This document shows positions 1 through 11,990 of a stretch of DNA of 64,000 bases, in pieces. Numbering within the stretch: the stretch's first letter is position 1; each line of letters starts with the position of its first letter. Source of the DNA: the human T2T-CHM13v2.0 reference genome, Homo sapiens; the NCBI RefSeq assembly GCF_009914755.1, contig NC_060937.1, one strand, 5' to 3'. A program made the position numbers and the translations under genes. Below the pieces are notes generated by a model, which saw only the letters and a program-made list of their open reading frames with translations, searched no databases and had not been told where the DNA came from.

Positions 1-3000
1 AATTTTGGAGTCAGAAAAGGGCCTTAGAAATCAACCACCTATACTAACGTCTTCATTTTACATACGAAAACAAAGTACCCACTTGGTGATCGTTAGAAAA
101 GAAACCAGATAGCCTATTATAGAATGTCCAACAGGGAAATTTAAAAAATGTAACAAAGTGCTAAAATAGTAAGCAACAATATTTGAGGAACTGGAGTAAG
201 TAGTCACCTACAGTTCCTTTGTAACATGATGCTTCAGTTGGAAAACTGTAGGCTGCCAAAGCTCCTAAATAATTAATATTTCGAATATGCAATTTAGACC
301 AAAAAAAAGTGCAGCTTCATAAAACCTTGGAGAAAACAACAAAAATTGTTACAAAAAATTAACTTTATTATAAGAGATTTATTACATTCAATTTGAAATA
401 GGTATTTTCATGTGCACTTTGATTTAATATTATTAATATGGACTTCCTTCACAAAATTCACAATTTCAGTATTTCCACTTAGTTATAGTAAATTGTAAAT
501 GTTAGCTGTTCAAGAACTCAAGAAAAATGAGGGCAAAGAAAAAGGTCTGTAGCTTTCATCCAGGTTGTGATACCTTAAAAGTAAGAAATGAGACTCAGAG
601 CTGGAGAAAGAGGACTGGTATCCTTTATAGAGAAAGAGCAATAGAGAGGACTTGAAAGTATCTGAATTATTGGCATCTTTTTATTTCCCAGAATGTCTGG
701 AAGAGGTAAATAAGCGCTTTAGAGGGGAAAGGCATTATCTTTTTGTAATACTGAGCCTCTGGTTATTTTACCTCTCAATGCATGTGCACACCAGGCATGC
801 ACACACACAGAATATTAATAGCTGATAAGTATTCAAAGATTACATAGTACCTGAAGGAAGGCAGACCCAGGTTCATAATGACGCAAGAGAACTCTGCAGT
901 GGGGAACCGTGGCTTCTTACTAGACATTGCTTCCCGGATATGCAGCCTCTCAGTTGAGCATGAAAGCCCTGATGCGGTTTGTAAAGTAGGCGGTAGCTGA
1001 TTGTTTTACTGTGAGATGCTTGTTAACCAGACAGAGAAACTATGAGTTTTCAAAAGCACCCATGATGCCGACTGAGCTAACATGAACTAACAGAGTGTTC
1101 TGTTAACTGTTAGGTAAAGAGGTTCTCAGCTTGCCAATGTTAGTCCTTTCTTCCCAAAAAAGTGCAAATAAAAAAAAAAAAGAAATTCAGAGTTGCAAAA
1201 CTGCTGCCCCATTTAAGTAAATTATAATCTAAGAAAAATCACAAGAGGATCCCACTCACATTTCTGTAAAGTTTCCACTGATCTAAGATGCTTCCAATTA
1301 CAAAGAAAACGATGCTTCACTAAAGTCAGCATGTTTTCAAAATAAAGATATAATTATGTGAAGCAGAAAATCTAATAAATCACGTACTTTTCCCTCCGTA
1401 ATTTTAGATTCATGTAATTTAGCTAGATTTATCTTTACATAATAGTCGAGTGAGGTATTTAAATTCTCTAAGCAATTATATTTTAATACAAGTGACTTTT
1501 CAAAACAAAAAATGTATTTGTGAAATAGAAAATACAACATTTTATTTAATATAGTTATGTTAGCACCTTTCCCAACCTACAGTGAGTTCTCAGAAGTTAC
1601 CACTTCGCCCTGTCTCCGGGTTTAGTAGTTTCTCCAATCTAATTGGAACTATTACTTGTTACTTGGAAACTGACGGTCTAGTTAGTCTTCCCACTGAGAA
1701 AGAATATTTAATTATTACTGCTTTTTGGGTTTAACAAGCTTTTTGTTGTTGTTGTTGTTGTACTACGCTCCATCCTATTGACTTTTCTTCCCGGGAATCA
1801 TTGCAATGACTTATTTTATATTACTATATTTTATTTCATATTTTACCTTTTCTCCACGATGCTTAAAAGAAAGGCGCTCCGAAATCTGGCTCTCTGCGCC
1901 CAGGGGAACGAGGCACAAATCTCCGCCACTCAGCCCCACTGAGCAGAGACTGCGAGTCCGAACCCTCAAGTTCCTCGGGGCTTTGACCCCTCAATGGCGG
2001 CGGTCTAACTGCTGGTAAAACCCCCGGCCCCTGACTGTTCCACCGCCCGTCTCCCAAACGCCCAGCGAAGGCTGACTTAGGTGGCGGGCGGACCTCATCG
2101 ATTCCTCAAACCACATCGTTTGGTCAAAATCGCCCGCCCTCTCTTCGCTCGGATTTTAAAGGCTAGGCTTGTAAGTCAGTAAGTTAACGGTATTTGGGCC
2201 CTGGGCTGCCCTTGTGGGTCAGGGTCACTGATGTCCGCGACACGGACTGGACCGCGCACCACGCCTGCTCCCGGCAGAGGCCCCACCCGGGTGGCTGAGC
2301 GCAGCGCACTGGGGCCCCGCGGTCCGAGAGCGGCGGGGAGGAGCGGGCGCTCGCCGAGCGTTCCCCGGGACAGTCCGGCTTGGGGACTCAAGCGGGTCAT
2401 GGGATGCCGGCGCTGGCCCTCTCCTGAGATCCTCCTGCTCCCCCGCAGGCACGAGTCCCCTCCAAATCGGCTCCCCTCCTACACTCTCGTGACGCGAGGT
2501 CGCGGCCAGTGCCCAATATCACCAAAGTCCCGGCCTCAGCCCAGCCCCGGGCAGCCTGGCAGGCTTTCAGGAGCCTCTGCTCCCGGCTCCGGGGGACCCT
2601 GCGTACCTGCCCCAGGTCCTCTGGGAATGGGCTCTGGGTGCCAGGCAGGTCCCGGTGCGTGCTGCTCCTAGTGCCCAGGGCCTCGGCAGTGAGACCCCAA
2701 CCCGACAGCTGGATAAGGGATCAGCGATCCTGTCGCAAACGGACAGCCCCAGCGCGGACCCGGTCTGAGCGCTGATGCTCGCGGGTCCAGGCCAGCCACT
2801 CCTCGAGGCGCTCCCTCGGAGAAAGGGCGCAGCGGCCCCAAGCGTGCCCGCTGCAACTAGTGTCCCAGGTTCTCGCCGTAGCCAGCTTCTCCGGGCTACA
2901 GCCTCGTCTCCCCGCGTGCACCCCGCCCTGGCCTCGGAGGCTCTGCCCTCCGGCCGCCCCATCGCAGCCCGCCTCAGGCCCCGGCCCCCAGCCGCGCCTC

Positions 3001-3002
3001 AC
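1..3002 (-). other. FLT1: FLT1 intron 1 (5' portion; continues beyond the left edge)
   Basis: Canonical GTGAG donor at 3002-2998 after exon 1. No further FLT1 coding sequence is visible in 1-3002. Confidence 0.93.
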
Positions 3003-3066
3003 CTGTGAGAAGCAGACAGCTGAGCAGCGCGCACAGCAGGACCCCGGTGTCCCAGTAGCTGACCAT
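3003..3066 (-). CDS. FLT1: FLT1 (VEGFR1) exon 1 coding part: signal peptide, 64 nt, phase-1 exon end
   Basis: The minus strand from 3066 reads ATG GTC AGC TAC TGG GAC ACC... = MVSYWDTGVLLCALLSCLLLT plus the first base of G, which is the human VEGFR1 N-terminus. The start context is Kozak-like (ACCATGG), and the splice donor G|GTGAGG follows immediately at 3002. Confidence 0.98.
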
Positions 3067-3351
3067 GGTGAGCGCGACGCGGCCTGCTCGCCCGGTGCCC
3101 GCGCTCCCCGCGGCCAACGACCCGGCCGCCAGAGTCCGTCCTCTCGTTCGCCGCCGCCGGCCCCGCGCCCTGAGCGCCCGTCTCGCGGCTCCAGCCAGGA
3201 GACAACCACTTCCCCGGGTAATCCTCGCCGCCAGGCGCCCGCTGGCCGCTGCACCCGAGCCCCGGAGCCCGCTCCGAGCCGCCGCCGCTGCCGGGGAGGA
3301 GCCGAGAGGAGTGTCCGCCTGGCGCGCTCCGAGCCTCCCGCGGACCTCGAT
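3067..3351 (-). other. FLT1: FLT1 exon 1 5'UTR (285 nt, GC-rich, no upstream AUG)
   Basis: TSS placed at 3351 (ATCGAGGTCCGCGG..., matching the recalled FLT1 mRNA 5' end), 26-31 bp downstream of TATAAA. Confidence 0.85.
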
Positions 3352-3366
3352 GAAGAGCAGCCGAGG

Positions 3367-3375
3367 GCGGGGGCG
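3367..3375 (+). promoter_or_regulatory. EGR1/Sp1 site GCGGGGGCG
   Basis: Perfect EGR consensus between the TATA box and the TSS (-24 to -16). Consistent with recalled EGR1 regulation of FLT1. Confidence 0.75.
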
Positions 3376-3376
3376 A

Positions 3377-3382
3377 TTTATA
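3377..3382 (-). promoter_or_regulatory. TATA box (TATAAA)
   Basis: Plus strand TTTATA at 3377-3382, i.e. -26 to -31 from the TSS. Confidence 0.9.
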
Positions 3383-3396
3383 ACCTTTCCCCAGCC

Positions 3397-3404
3397 CACT
3401 TCCT
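3397..3404 (-). promoter_or_regulatory. ETS site AGGAAGTG
   Basis: Plus strand CACTTCCT at about -50, next to the CRE, matching the known FLT1 CRE/ETS core promoter layout. Confidence 0.75.
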
Positions 3405-3424
3405 ACCCCGGCACCTCCTTCTGG

Positions 3425-3432
3425 TGACGTCA
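3425..3432. promoter_or_regulatory. CRE/ATF site TGACGTCA
   Basis: Perfect palindromic CRE at -74 to -81. Confidence 0.88.
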
Positions 3433-4008
3433 AGGGGTCCCCCACCCCTCATCCGCCTCCCCACCTACCCTCTTCTTCCTCCCAGGCTCGCTTCCCTGCG
3501 GCTACGGAGAGGGGCGGGGGCCGACGAGGGCGGGTGGCCCGGGGCCGAGCGCGCGTGGGGAGGTGCTGGCGACGCGGGCCCGGGAGCGCGGCCCCGGCAG
3601 GTTCAGGGTCTTTGCTCCGCGCCCTCTTGCCCTTGCCCCTCCTCCTGCCCATCGCGCTCAGGAAATCCTTGCAGACTCCCTCCACCCGGCTTACTCAGCT
3701 CTGGGGGCCGCCCGAAACTGGGGAAGGGACAAGGCTGAAGCTCCGCCGCCTGGCCCTAGGGGCGGAAAGTCCGATCCAAGGGAAGCTGGCCGCGCCTCCG
3801 CGACGGTGTTCTTGGCACGGAGGACTGAGGCGCAGTCCGGCTGTCTCCCCTTGCCTGCTCTTCCCGCGCTGTCCCGCCGCTCCTGACCCCTTCAGACTGT
3901 CCCGAGAAGTCTAGGAAGGCACCGGAGACCCTCGGCACAAGGCACTGAACCTGGAGCGCCTGAGGGGAACTGACGCTTGCTTGGCACCTTTGGGAAGACT
4001 GCGAACCA

Positions 4009-4033
4009 GCTCAGGTCCCAGGGGAGCGTGTCC
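4009..4033 (-). promoter_or_regulatory. Polymorphic p53 response element, C allele (GGACACGCTC ccctg GGACCTGAGC)
   Basis: The variable base at 4028 is exactly -677 from the TSS. C>T would create the core CATG (GGACATGCTC), matching the recalled FLT1 C-677T p53 SNP. Confidence 0.75.
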
Positions 4034-4243
4034 GTGTCTTTTTCGGCCGCATTGATGCACCCGCCCAAGTCATTTCCTCAGTCTTCTGCTTCCTAGAAGC
4101 AAAACAAGGAATAACATTATGATACCTTTAAAAAGCTGAGGCGTGAAACTGCTCCTGCAACTTGGAAGCGCAGGGCACTTGAACTTTATTCCCTAAATGC
4201 TCGAAAAAGAAATCTTTCTGGTGGCAGCTTGCTACTCAAGATG

Positions 4244-4256
4244 AGTGACTCTGACC
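4244..4256 (-). promoter_or_regulatory. ERE-like element GGTCAgagTCACT (half-site 4252-4256)
   Basis: A GGTCA half-site about 225 bp upstream of the p53 element, as recalled for p53/ER cooperation at FLT1. Confidence 0.6.
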
Positions 4257-4304
4257 ACAACCGGCTGAAATTAACTTGAGGCCCTAGATCATTTGCTATG
4301 ACAC

Positions 4305-4320
4305 TAATTCCACGTTGTTC
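4305..4320 (-). promoter_or_regulatory. Hypoxia response element (AACGTG core)
   Basis: Minus strand GAACAACGTGGAATTA at about -960, the recalled position of the FLT1 HIF-binding enhancer. Confidence 0.75.
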
Positions 4321-7300
4321 CTCAATTATGTCTCCATTACCTCAAAGGCTGAAGTCGTCCTGGCTGCACGGAGCAGCCCAGTCTTGTCTCTGTAAATACC
4401 GCAGATTTGAAAAATAGTCCTATTGGAACCCGTCAGAGGGATGTAATACAAGGGACTGTGATGGCTCTTGAACGGAGCCAGAGACTCTTCCTGAAGGACT
4501 GGACTACCTCCCCGCCTAGGAAGGTTGGGTAACCCAAAGTTGCCACATTTCTGGGCTGCACACCAAGGAGAGGCCCCGGCCACTCCACACAGGAAATGCA
4601 CGTCTGGGCACCTGGAGCCGCAGGACCTGAGCCACTAACTGTCCCTGGATCCCTTCTGCTTCAGAGGCAAGGAAGACTGCCGGAGTCATTGCTTGCCTGC
4701 TGGCTTCACCAGCGCTTTCTGTTTTTCCAGTTCTCCTCACCACTCTTCCTGGCGCCTTTCTCTGCCTCCCGCACCCCTGCCTCCTCTAAAACCCACAGCA
4801 TCATCCCTCAGAACAGCTGGAAGCGGACAGCTGATCCTTCTCCTTGCTGGTCCCCCAGCCCAGAACACAGCCTGGGACATACGTGCGGAGCCACAGTGTC
4901 TGTTGGTCTCACCTGAGAGCTGCTTGTCACTCCCACACCCTCTTTCAAGGAGAAGCTGTCAGCATTGTCCTTCTGCAGCATTCAACAGGGGCCAGGCATT
5001 GGGTTAGGGCTGAAAACACTGATGGAGAGCCATCATCTTTGCCTTCTAAAGGGCTTGGACTGTGATAAGAAGGTGGACACTTGAAGCGGCTGCAGGACCG
5101 GCATTCCAGTGCTGGAGGGGTGTTTAGTCCTCCATCAGCTCAGAGAAGTAAAGGCACATTTATTGGCAGGGAAAACCCAAGGAGGGCTTCTCAGGAGAGA
5201 CACACATTTGACTCTGGGGGAAAGTGGTCCATAGTACCATGTACAAAGGTTTAATTTGCTAATACATTTTTTCAAATGCCATTTTGATATTTTTAACTCA
5301 TAAAGAGACAACACTTTCCAAACCTGCTGCCAGCAATGAATCTACATTGTGTCTGTAAAGCCAGAACAGGTATTTGATGGACAGCTGAAACAATCTTTAT
5401 AATCTAAGATGCTAATCAATGATATTAACATGTTGCTCAATTATTTAAGGTTAGTAGAGTCACAGTCGAATCTAAGATTTATATTAAAACTATGCTGCAG
5501 TAAGGGTGGGCTTCCACATTTCCCAACTACTCTTTTGAAAAGTTGCTTTTAATTAGAGTCAGCAATTTATTGACTATGACTTCTTTGTTAGTTGCATTAG
5601 CGTTCTCACAAAGAACTCAAAAATGCTACAAATTTTAGCTTAGATATGGGGAATAAATGTATAGCTCCCAATCCTCTCCCCAAAAGAGATAATACCTTTG
5701 AATGAGAATGGGCTATAGCACTCTCCTAACTAAATCACTAATGAAAGAGGTTTTATAGATAATACTGATGGAGAAGATGGAATTCAACACGCCTGGTGGG
5801 TATAAAAAGCTATTGAAGTAGGCAATCTGCTTGCTTCCTGCTCACATACAAAAGAACATTTCATCTCCTGTTTGGTTAGCAAAACCAGACACTCTCTCTT
5901 GTTATCAGCTACAAACATTCTCTTGAGGTTTCTTTCTCACCCCTATTCAGAAGCACACTGTTGCTAAATCCATCAGCTTTAATATTCGAGACTGAATAAG
6001 AGTGTTGGAGCACCAGTGTGAGAGACAGGAGGGAGCCCAGGCTCTCACCTTCCTCCAAAGACCAAGCATGGAGCTGATCAGCCACAGTCACTGAGGATCA
6101 GTCAGGAATTTCTTTTCCACTTGGGTTAGGTAGCTTGATACAAAAGGAAAAATACACTCTATGGGCATACTCTGCATAATGCAAATATGTATGGTTGAAT
6201 ACAAGAACCAAATGATCTCATAAAACCCTTCTGTGTTATATTTTAAAAAGCTTCACAGTACATATCCTCTGGACAGTTCAGGCTCCTTGGTCTAAAAAGC
6301 ACACGCTCCCAAATCTCTGCTAAGAAGTTCTGCGGAGTTCACCAGGCAGGCACATGTATGAGTTTACTTATCAGATGCTGATGACCCCATTGGCTCAAAA
6401 GTCTTGCTATGGGAAGCTACCACTGTGGCTGAAATGCCCCCATTTTCAAAGAACTTAAACATCTTGTACTGGGTTTAAAAGCCATTCAACCCATCTACCG
6501 AGTCAATTCGTGGAATTCCTATTCAATGCTCCAATATCTCCACATGAAAATTTATTGAACACTTAAAAACACCTCCTGTGCCATGGGCATCTTGTCTCCA
6601 GCCTCAACATCCACATCCCTTTGGTCACTCTTCAGCTGACACGCTCCAGAAATTCCATCCAGCATATCAGTGTCCCTGCAGGTGACACGCTTAGGATTGA
6701 AAATGCAGCACAATTATCATTTCCCTACTCCTAGAGGTAGTTTTTCTTTCAGGCAGAGAGAAAAGCCTGTGGGAAGGCCCAGTGGGAGCGAGGAAGGAAA
6801 ATCGTTCAGGTGGGAAGAGCAGCGTGGAGAAGGAAGCAAAGGGGACAGCCCCCTCCTGGAGATAAGGCCAGTGCCACCGAGAGCAGGGCAGCACTGCCCT
6901 GGTGGCACCTCTGGGGCCGCCGGCCTGGGCTCCCTGGCTCCTCCTGTTCCTGCTACTCATGCTCCCGTCTGCTCCTGACTACCTTCTCCCGGGCATGGGT
7001 GGGCGCTGCTGGTGTTTATAAGATCGCCATTGGCTTTACTTGGAATTCTCCTCCTGCTACTCCCAGGGGCTACTACGGAGAGAACTTGCTTCTGTTCCTG
7101 GGACCTAAGATCAAAGGAGCCTTTTCTGTCAGCGCCTTCATACCTTGGACTCTTCCAGAACTTATTCTTGGTTAAAGCCCCAAGGCTTTCTCATGAGAGC
7201 TGCTATCTGGCTGCCCTTGTGCAGCCGCCGCTTGGGTTGACTCAGGCTGCAGGCCCTGAGCGTGTTGTTTAAGCCTTTTGTTTGTTTTAGTCTGTCTTTC

Positions 7301-9163
7301 CAGCATGTCGAAGTCTTTCTGGTCTCTGATTCTGCCATCCTGTGGACTTTCTATAGCTCCCGCTTCAAATGATCCACAAATACGGTAAACGTGCCTTCTG
7401 GGTCATCATCAAAATCACTGACAAGGACAAAGCTGAGTGAGTGAATGAATGAATGAATGAATGGATGGATGAAAGTAGAGATCTGTGGAGGTTGAGCAAA
7501 CCAAGGAAGGACTCAAATTATTCCTTTGTGTCATTATCTCTAGCTGTATGTTCACCAAAGGAGGCTGCATATTAACTCATTCACATTTACCATGTCATTA
7601 TTTAGGAATAATTGATGGTCCTAGCAAGAGAAAATAAGACAGGTACATTTTATTGAAGGCATACTAGAAAAGTTGAAAGGAAAAAAAACAAAAAGACCAG
7701 ACTGGGATAGTTAGAGAAGCATGGGGCAGGGGAAGCGGCAAATCAGAGAAGCAAATAAGGCCTAAAGGAAAAGTGGCCAATTAGAGTAATCTCTAGGAAC
7801 CTCCTCTAATCAGTATCACTACTATCTTGCCTAAGGTCAGTTGTATCTCAGCACTTAACTGCCAGCCATTGACTCTTCTCCTTACTCTTTTTCCTGTTTT
7901 ATTACTTTTAATACACTCATAGTCATTAAATATAACATTGTAGAAAGATTAAAAGAAGGGAAGGTCTGGAGGATGAGTCATAATTCCATCATCTCAGCAG
8001 AGCCACTGTGATCACTGTGGTGTATTTCATTCGAGCCTTTTCCATACAGACGGCTTTTATCTTTCCATGTTTCTATAGAGCCTTCATAACTGTTGTAGCT
8101 AATAGCCGCAAACTATTATCCTCTTGCTAGACATTCCAGTTTCTGCATTGTAAATAATTCCAAAATAATCTTAATTTGACACTGGAATGTTTTTAGTCAG
8201 ATGTACACACGCACATGCACGCTCATCAATATCCCTGCTTTACTTAAAACCCTACCAGCTTAGTCCAACAGTGACCTGGCTGAGCAGTCGAAGGAAACAG
8301 CTCGTAGCATGGTGCATGATCCAGGAAACGTATTCTTTCATTCAGCAATGCCATGCTAATTCGATTGAAAATAGTAACATAGGAGATACAATTATTACTC
8401 TAGAAGACCTTGCACTCTATTAGAGAAGGCCAGGCTTCCATGAAATATTAGGAAACATTTCTAAGGCGATTAAAGGCAAGATACAGTTATGAGTGCTAAA
8501 AGGAATCATTAGTTACTGTATTGGGAAATGGCTTTGAAGGTAGTAACAGTTTATATCAGCAGAGAAGAGAAGGCATTCTGGAAAGGCGGAGAAGGTAATA
8601 AAACCAGTCAACAGTGGGAGAGGCCAGTGAGGGGTGGAGGTGTTGGGAACAGGGAGGCTGAGTTTGCACAGGTAAGGTTGAGGCCTGGACACTTGCGAGA
8701 TACTCACGTGTGTTTCATTCTGTCAGTACAGAAAGGGGTGGCTTTAGGATGGTTAGACTGGCCAATAGTGGGTCGCAAGGGAATGAGACTGGAGGGAAAT
8801 GAATAAACTATTAAATGAATTCATGAAGAAACAAGCAAATCTATTGAGAGGCGATAGAATAGGGCTGGTACCATGAGGGGAAGAGGAGGGTGCAGGGTGG
8901 CTCTGGTTAGCAGTTCAGGGAAGGGATGTAGAGATAATTAAGTTTGGGGTTGAGGTGAGGGAGAGGGAAAAGCCCAGGAGAACTTCAAGGTTCCTGGGAG
9001 GACCCTAAGGAAGCCAGGCATTGGCTGATGGGGATGTTGTGAGAGGTGGCTGGAGAGGAGGCAGGAGGACTTAGTTTTAGCCATGTTGGGATGAGTGGGC
9101 AATTGAAAGCAACTGACTTTATTTTCAGGCTGGAGCCAAGGCAGAGTTTAAAGGGATGGCGTG

Positions 9164-9637
<474 letters not shown>

Positions 9638-10395
9638 AGCTCAGGTCTAAACATTTTAAGGAAGTAGAAACTCAACAGGTAGTGCTATATCCTGACTTCA
9701 CATGTCGTATATATGTTATAATTTTACATGTAACATATATGTTGTATCTATATAAGACAAAAATCACATATATTTGAGATAGATAGCCTGAGTTTTCTGT
9801 AATGGCTAGGCTCTGACCAGGCAGTTTAATTTCCACCTCTGAGTAAGGAGGGGTGCCCAGCAGAGTACTCCAGTTTTAGCCTTCCTTCTTCAAAAGTTCC
9901 CGAACTCCAGACACACCCTCAGGGCAGATTTGCTGGCGACTTCTGTGGAAGACCAGCCCTTTCCTTCCTGCGTCTCTTCCAGGCTCCTCCTGGACACACT
10001 TGTCATGAGCAGTGGCAGCAGTCACGGAGCAGCCAGCCACACTCTGCCCTGGACTGCAGGCCATCTGCCCAGCAGTCAGCCAGGCCTACGGAAACACGGC
10101 TGTGTCACCATCCTAGAGGCAAGGCTGGCATTTGTAAGAAAGTTAGATCCCCAAGCTCAGTGAAACCTACTGTGGAGGGAAGAATTGTGTATCATAATTG
10201 GCTTTAGATTTTTCTGTTGAAAAAACAATAATCCATAAAAATAAGCTCCAGTTATACCACTAGTGTGGGTTTTCTTGCTAAAATTTGAAACCCAGCCAAA
10301 TAATAGTTTATTATTTAAATAAAATTCTCTTTCTTCACATGCTGAAGTAATCACAAAGTGATAAAATGACTGATTTGCTTCAAAATTATCCAAGA

Positions 10396-10492
10396 CCCCA
10401 ATTACACCGATTTTATCTTTACAAATTATATGAATATGTTAAATTTTCACACGTACCACAAAAATATGTACATTTCCTATGCCTCAATTTAA
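10396..10492 (+). mobile_element. Tiny 5'-truncated L1MA-type 3' end with perfect TSD
   Basis: L1 3'UTR-like sequence flanked by a 14-bp direct repeat AAAATTATCCAAGA (10382-10395, 10493-10506). Confidence 0.75.
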
Positions 10493-11769
10493 AAAATTAT
10501 CCAAGAGGAGTGAAGATGAAACATGATAGGCCATGTATTGATAATATTGAAACAGACCTAATTTATGAACATTTCTTTCCTCTTATGCATATGCTTACAA
10601 TTTTTTCAGAGCAAAAGTTAATTTTCTCTTCTAGTCTGAAATTGGTCCAAAGTGAATTTCAGGATCTGAGCCTGAGGCTACAGAGAAAAGGCGGGATAAT
10701 GAATGTAACCTGTTGGCCAGAGCTTTGGTTTCACTGATAGGAAGACATATGTCCTCCCCGTGAGTTTCTAGCAAATTGTGTGTGCGTGTGATGAAGAGGC
10801 ATGAAGAGGTGTAAAGCAATCAGAGAGGAAACAAATCCTAGTTGATATGGAAAGCCTGCTGCAGAAAGAAGTAGCACGGAGAAGTAAAAAACATATAAAC
10901 AATGCAGCTGAAGAAAAAGAACAGGAAAACCCTTTGAAAGGAAAAATCCAGAAAATTACTATCTATATGATGGAGAGGAGGAAAATAAATCACTTTTCTT
11001 TTTCATTTTATTTGTTGAAAATTAAATAAATTCCTTTAAAAATCCCTTTTCTTCTCCATGTTATTTATTTGAAAATGATGGCTGGAGATCATGAAGTAGA
11101 GAAAATGAAATTTGGGGTGAGAGGATTAAAACCCATGCTGCATCGTCTAATGACATTATTAAAAAGGACTTTAAAAACTATGTTTTTAAAACAAAACAAA
11201 ACAAACAGGATTTGTTGGCAAGCATTCTAGGCAATTTGGGAACAGGAAGATAATATTGCAAGACCATTAGCCATTTTTTTCTAGAACTTATGCACAAGTC
11301 CCCATGATTGAAAAAGGAAAGAAATTCAGCAGGTTGATTGGTAAAGATAAACACAAAATCATACAATCTTAGTGTGCAAGTGGACCTTATAGATCTAGTC
11401 CAATCACCTGATCTTGCTTTGAGGAAAGAGGCAGCGAGGTGATGTGCTTGGCCAGTCACACCTGAATCAGAATGGAGGGGTAACCCTTGACCTTCTCAGA
11501 CTATTGCTGAGAGCGTCTCCCCACACGATCCCCATGCCTTCTGGCCTCTTCACAGAAGGAGAGAGCCTAAAGATGCATTGCTCTGTTCTCTGGATGCTTG
11601 TGAGATGATCTCATCAGTCAGTGAAAGGCAGGCAGGATTTGCCTGCAGGTCAGCTCAGAATTTATTTAGGTAAGATTGCCACCTTTGGGCCCAGGGTCAC
11701 TTGCACCCAGAAAGCAACATAGAGCAGAGGGCAAAGAACTTCTACTGCCAGAGTGGGTCTGTGCACAGC

Positions 11770-11990
11770 TCCTAGGCCAGCCTACCGGGGGTTTGAATCT
11801 TGACTCTGCCTCTTGCAGGATATCTGACCTTGGGCAAGCCACCTAATGTCTCTGGGCTCTAGTCTCTTAATCTCCAAAGCAGGGATGATGATAGAATAGT
11901 AGGGTTGTTGTGAGGATTAAAGGAAGAATCCAGAAAAGCATTTATAATAGTGTCTGGACCAAACTAAGCACTGGATAAGTGTTAAGTATG
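11770..11990. mobile_element. MIR
   Basis: MIR core motifs: TTTGAATCTTGACTCTGCC, TGACCTTGGGCAAG, GGGTTGTTGTGAGGATTAAA. Confidence 0.75.

Larger units (their letters stand above)
1870..4070. promoter_or_regulatory. FLT1: FLT1 promoter/exon 1 CpG island
   Basis: Very GC- and CpG-dense block against AT-rich flanks, spanning the TSS. Boundaries estimated by eye. Confidence 0.9.

Noticed and set aside
2176-3938. Many long overlapping ORFs (up to 292 aa) around FLT1 exon 1
   Set aside because: Stop-poor GC-rich CpG island giving Pro/Arg/Gly/Ala low-complexity translations. Only the 64-nt FLT1 signal-peptide exon is supported.
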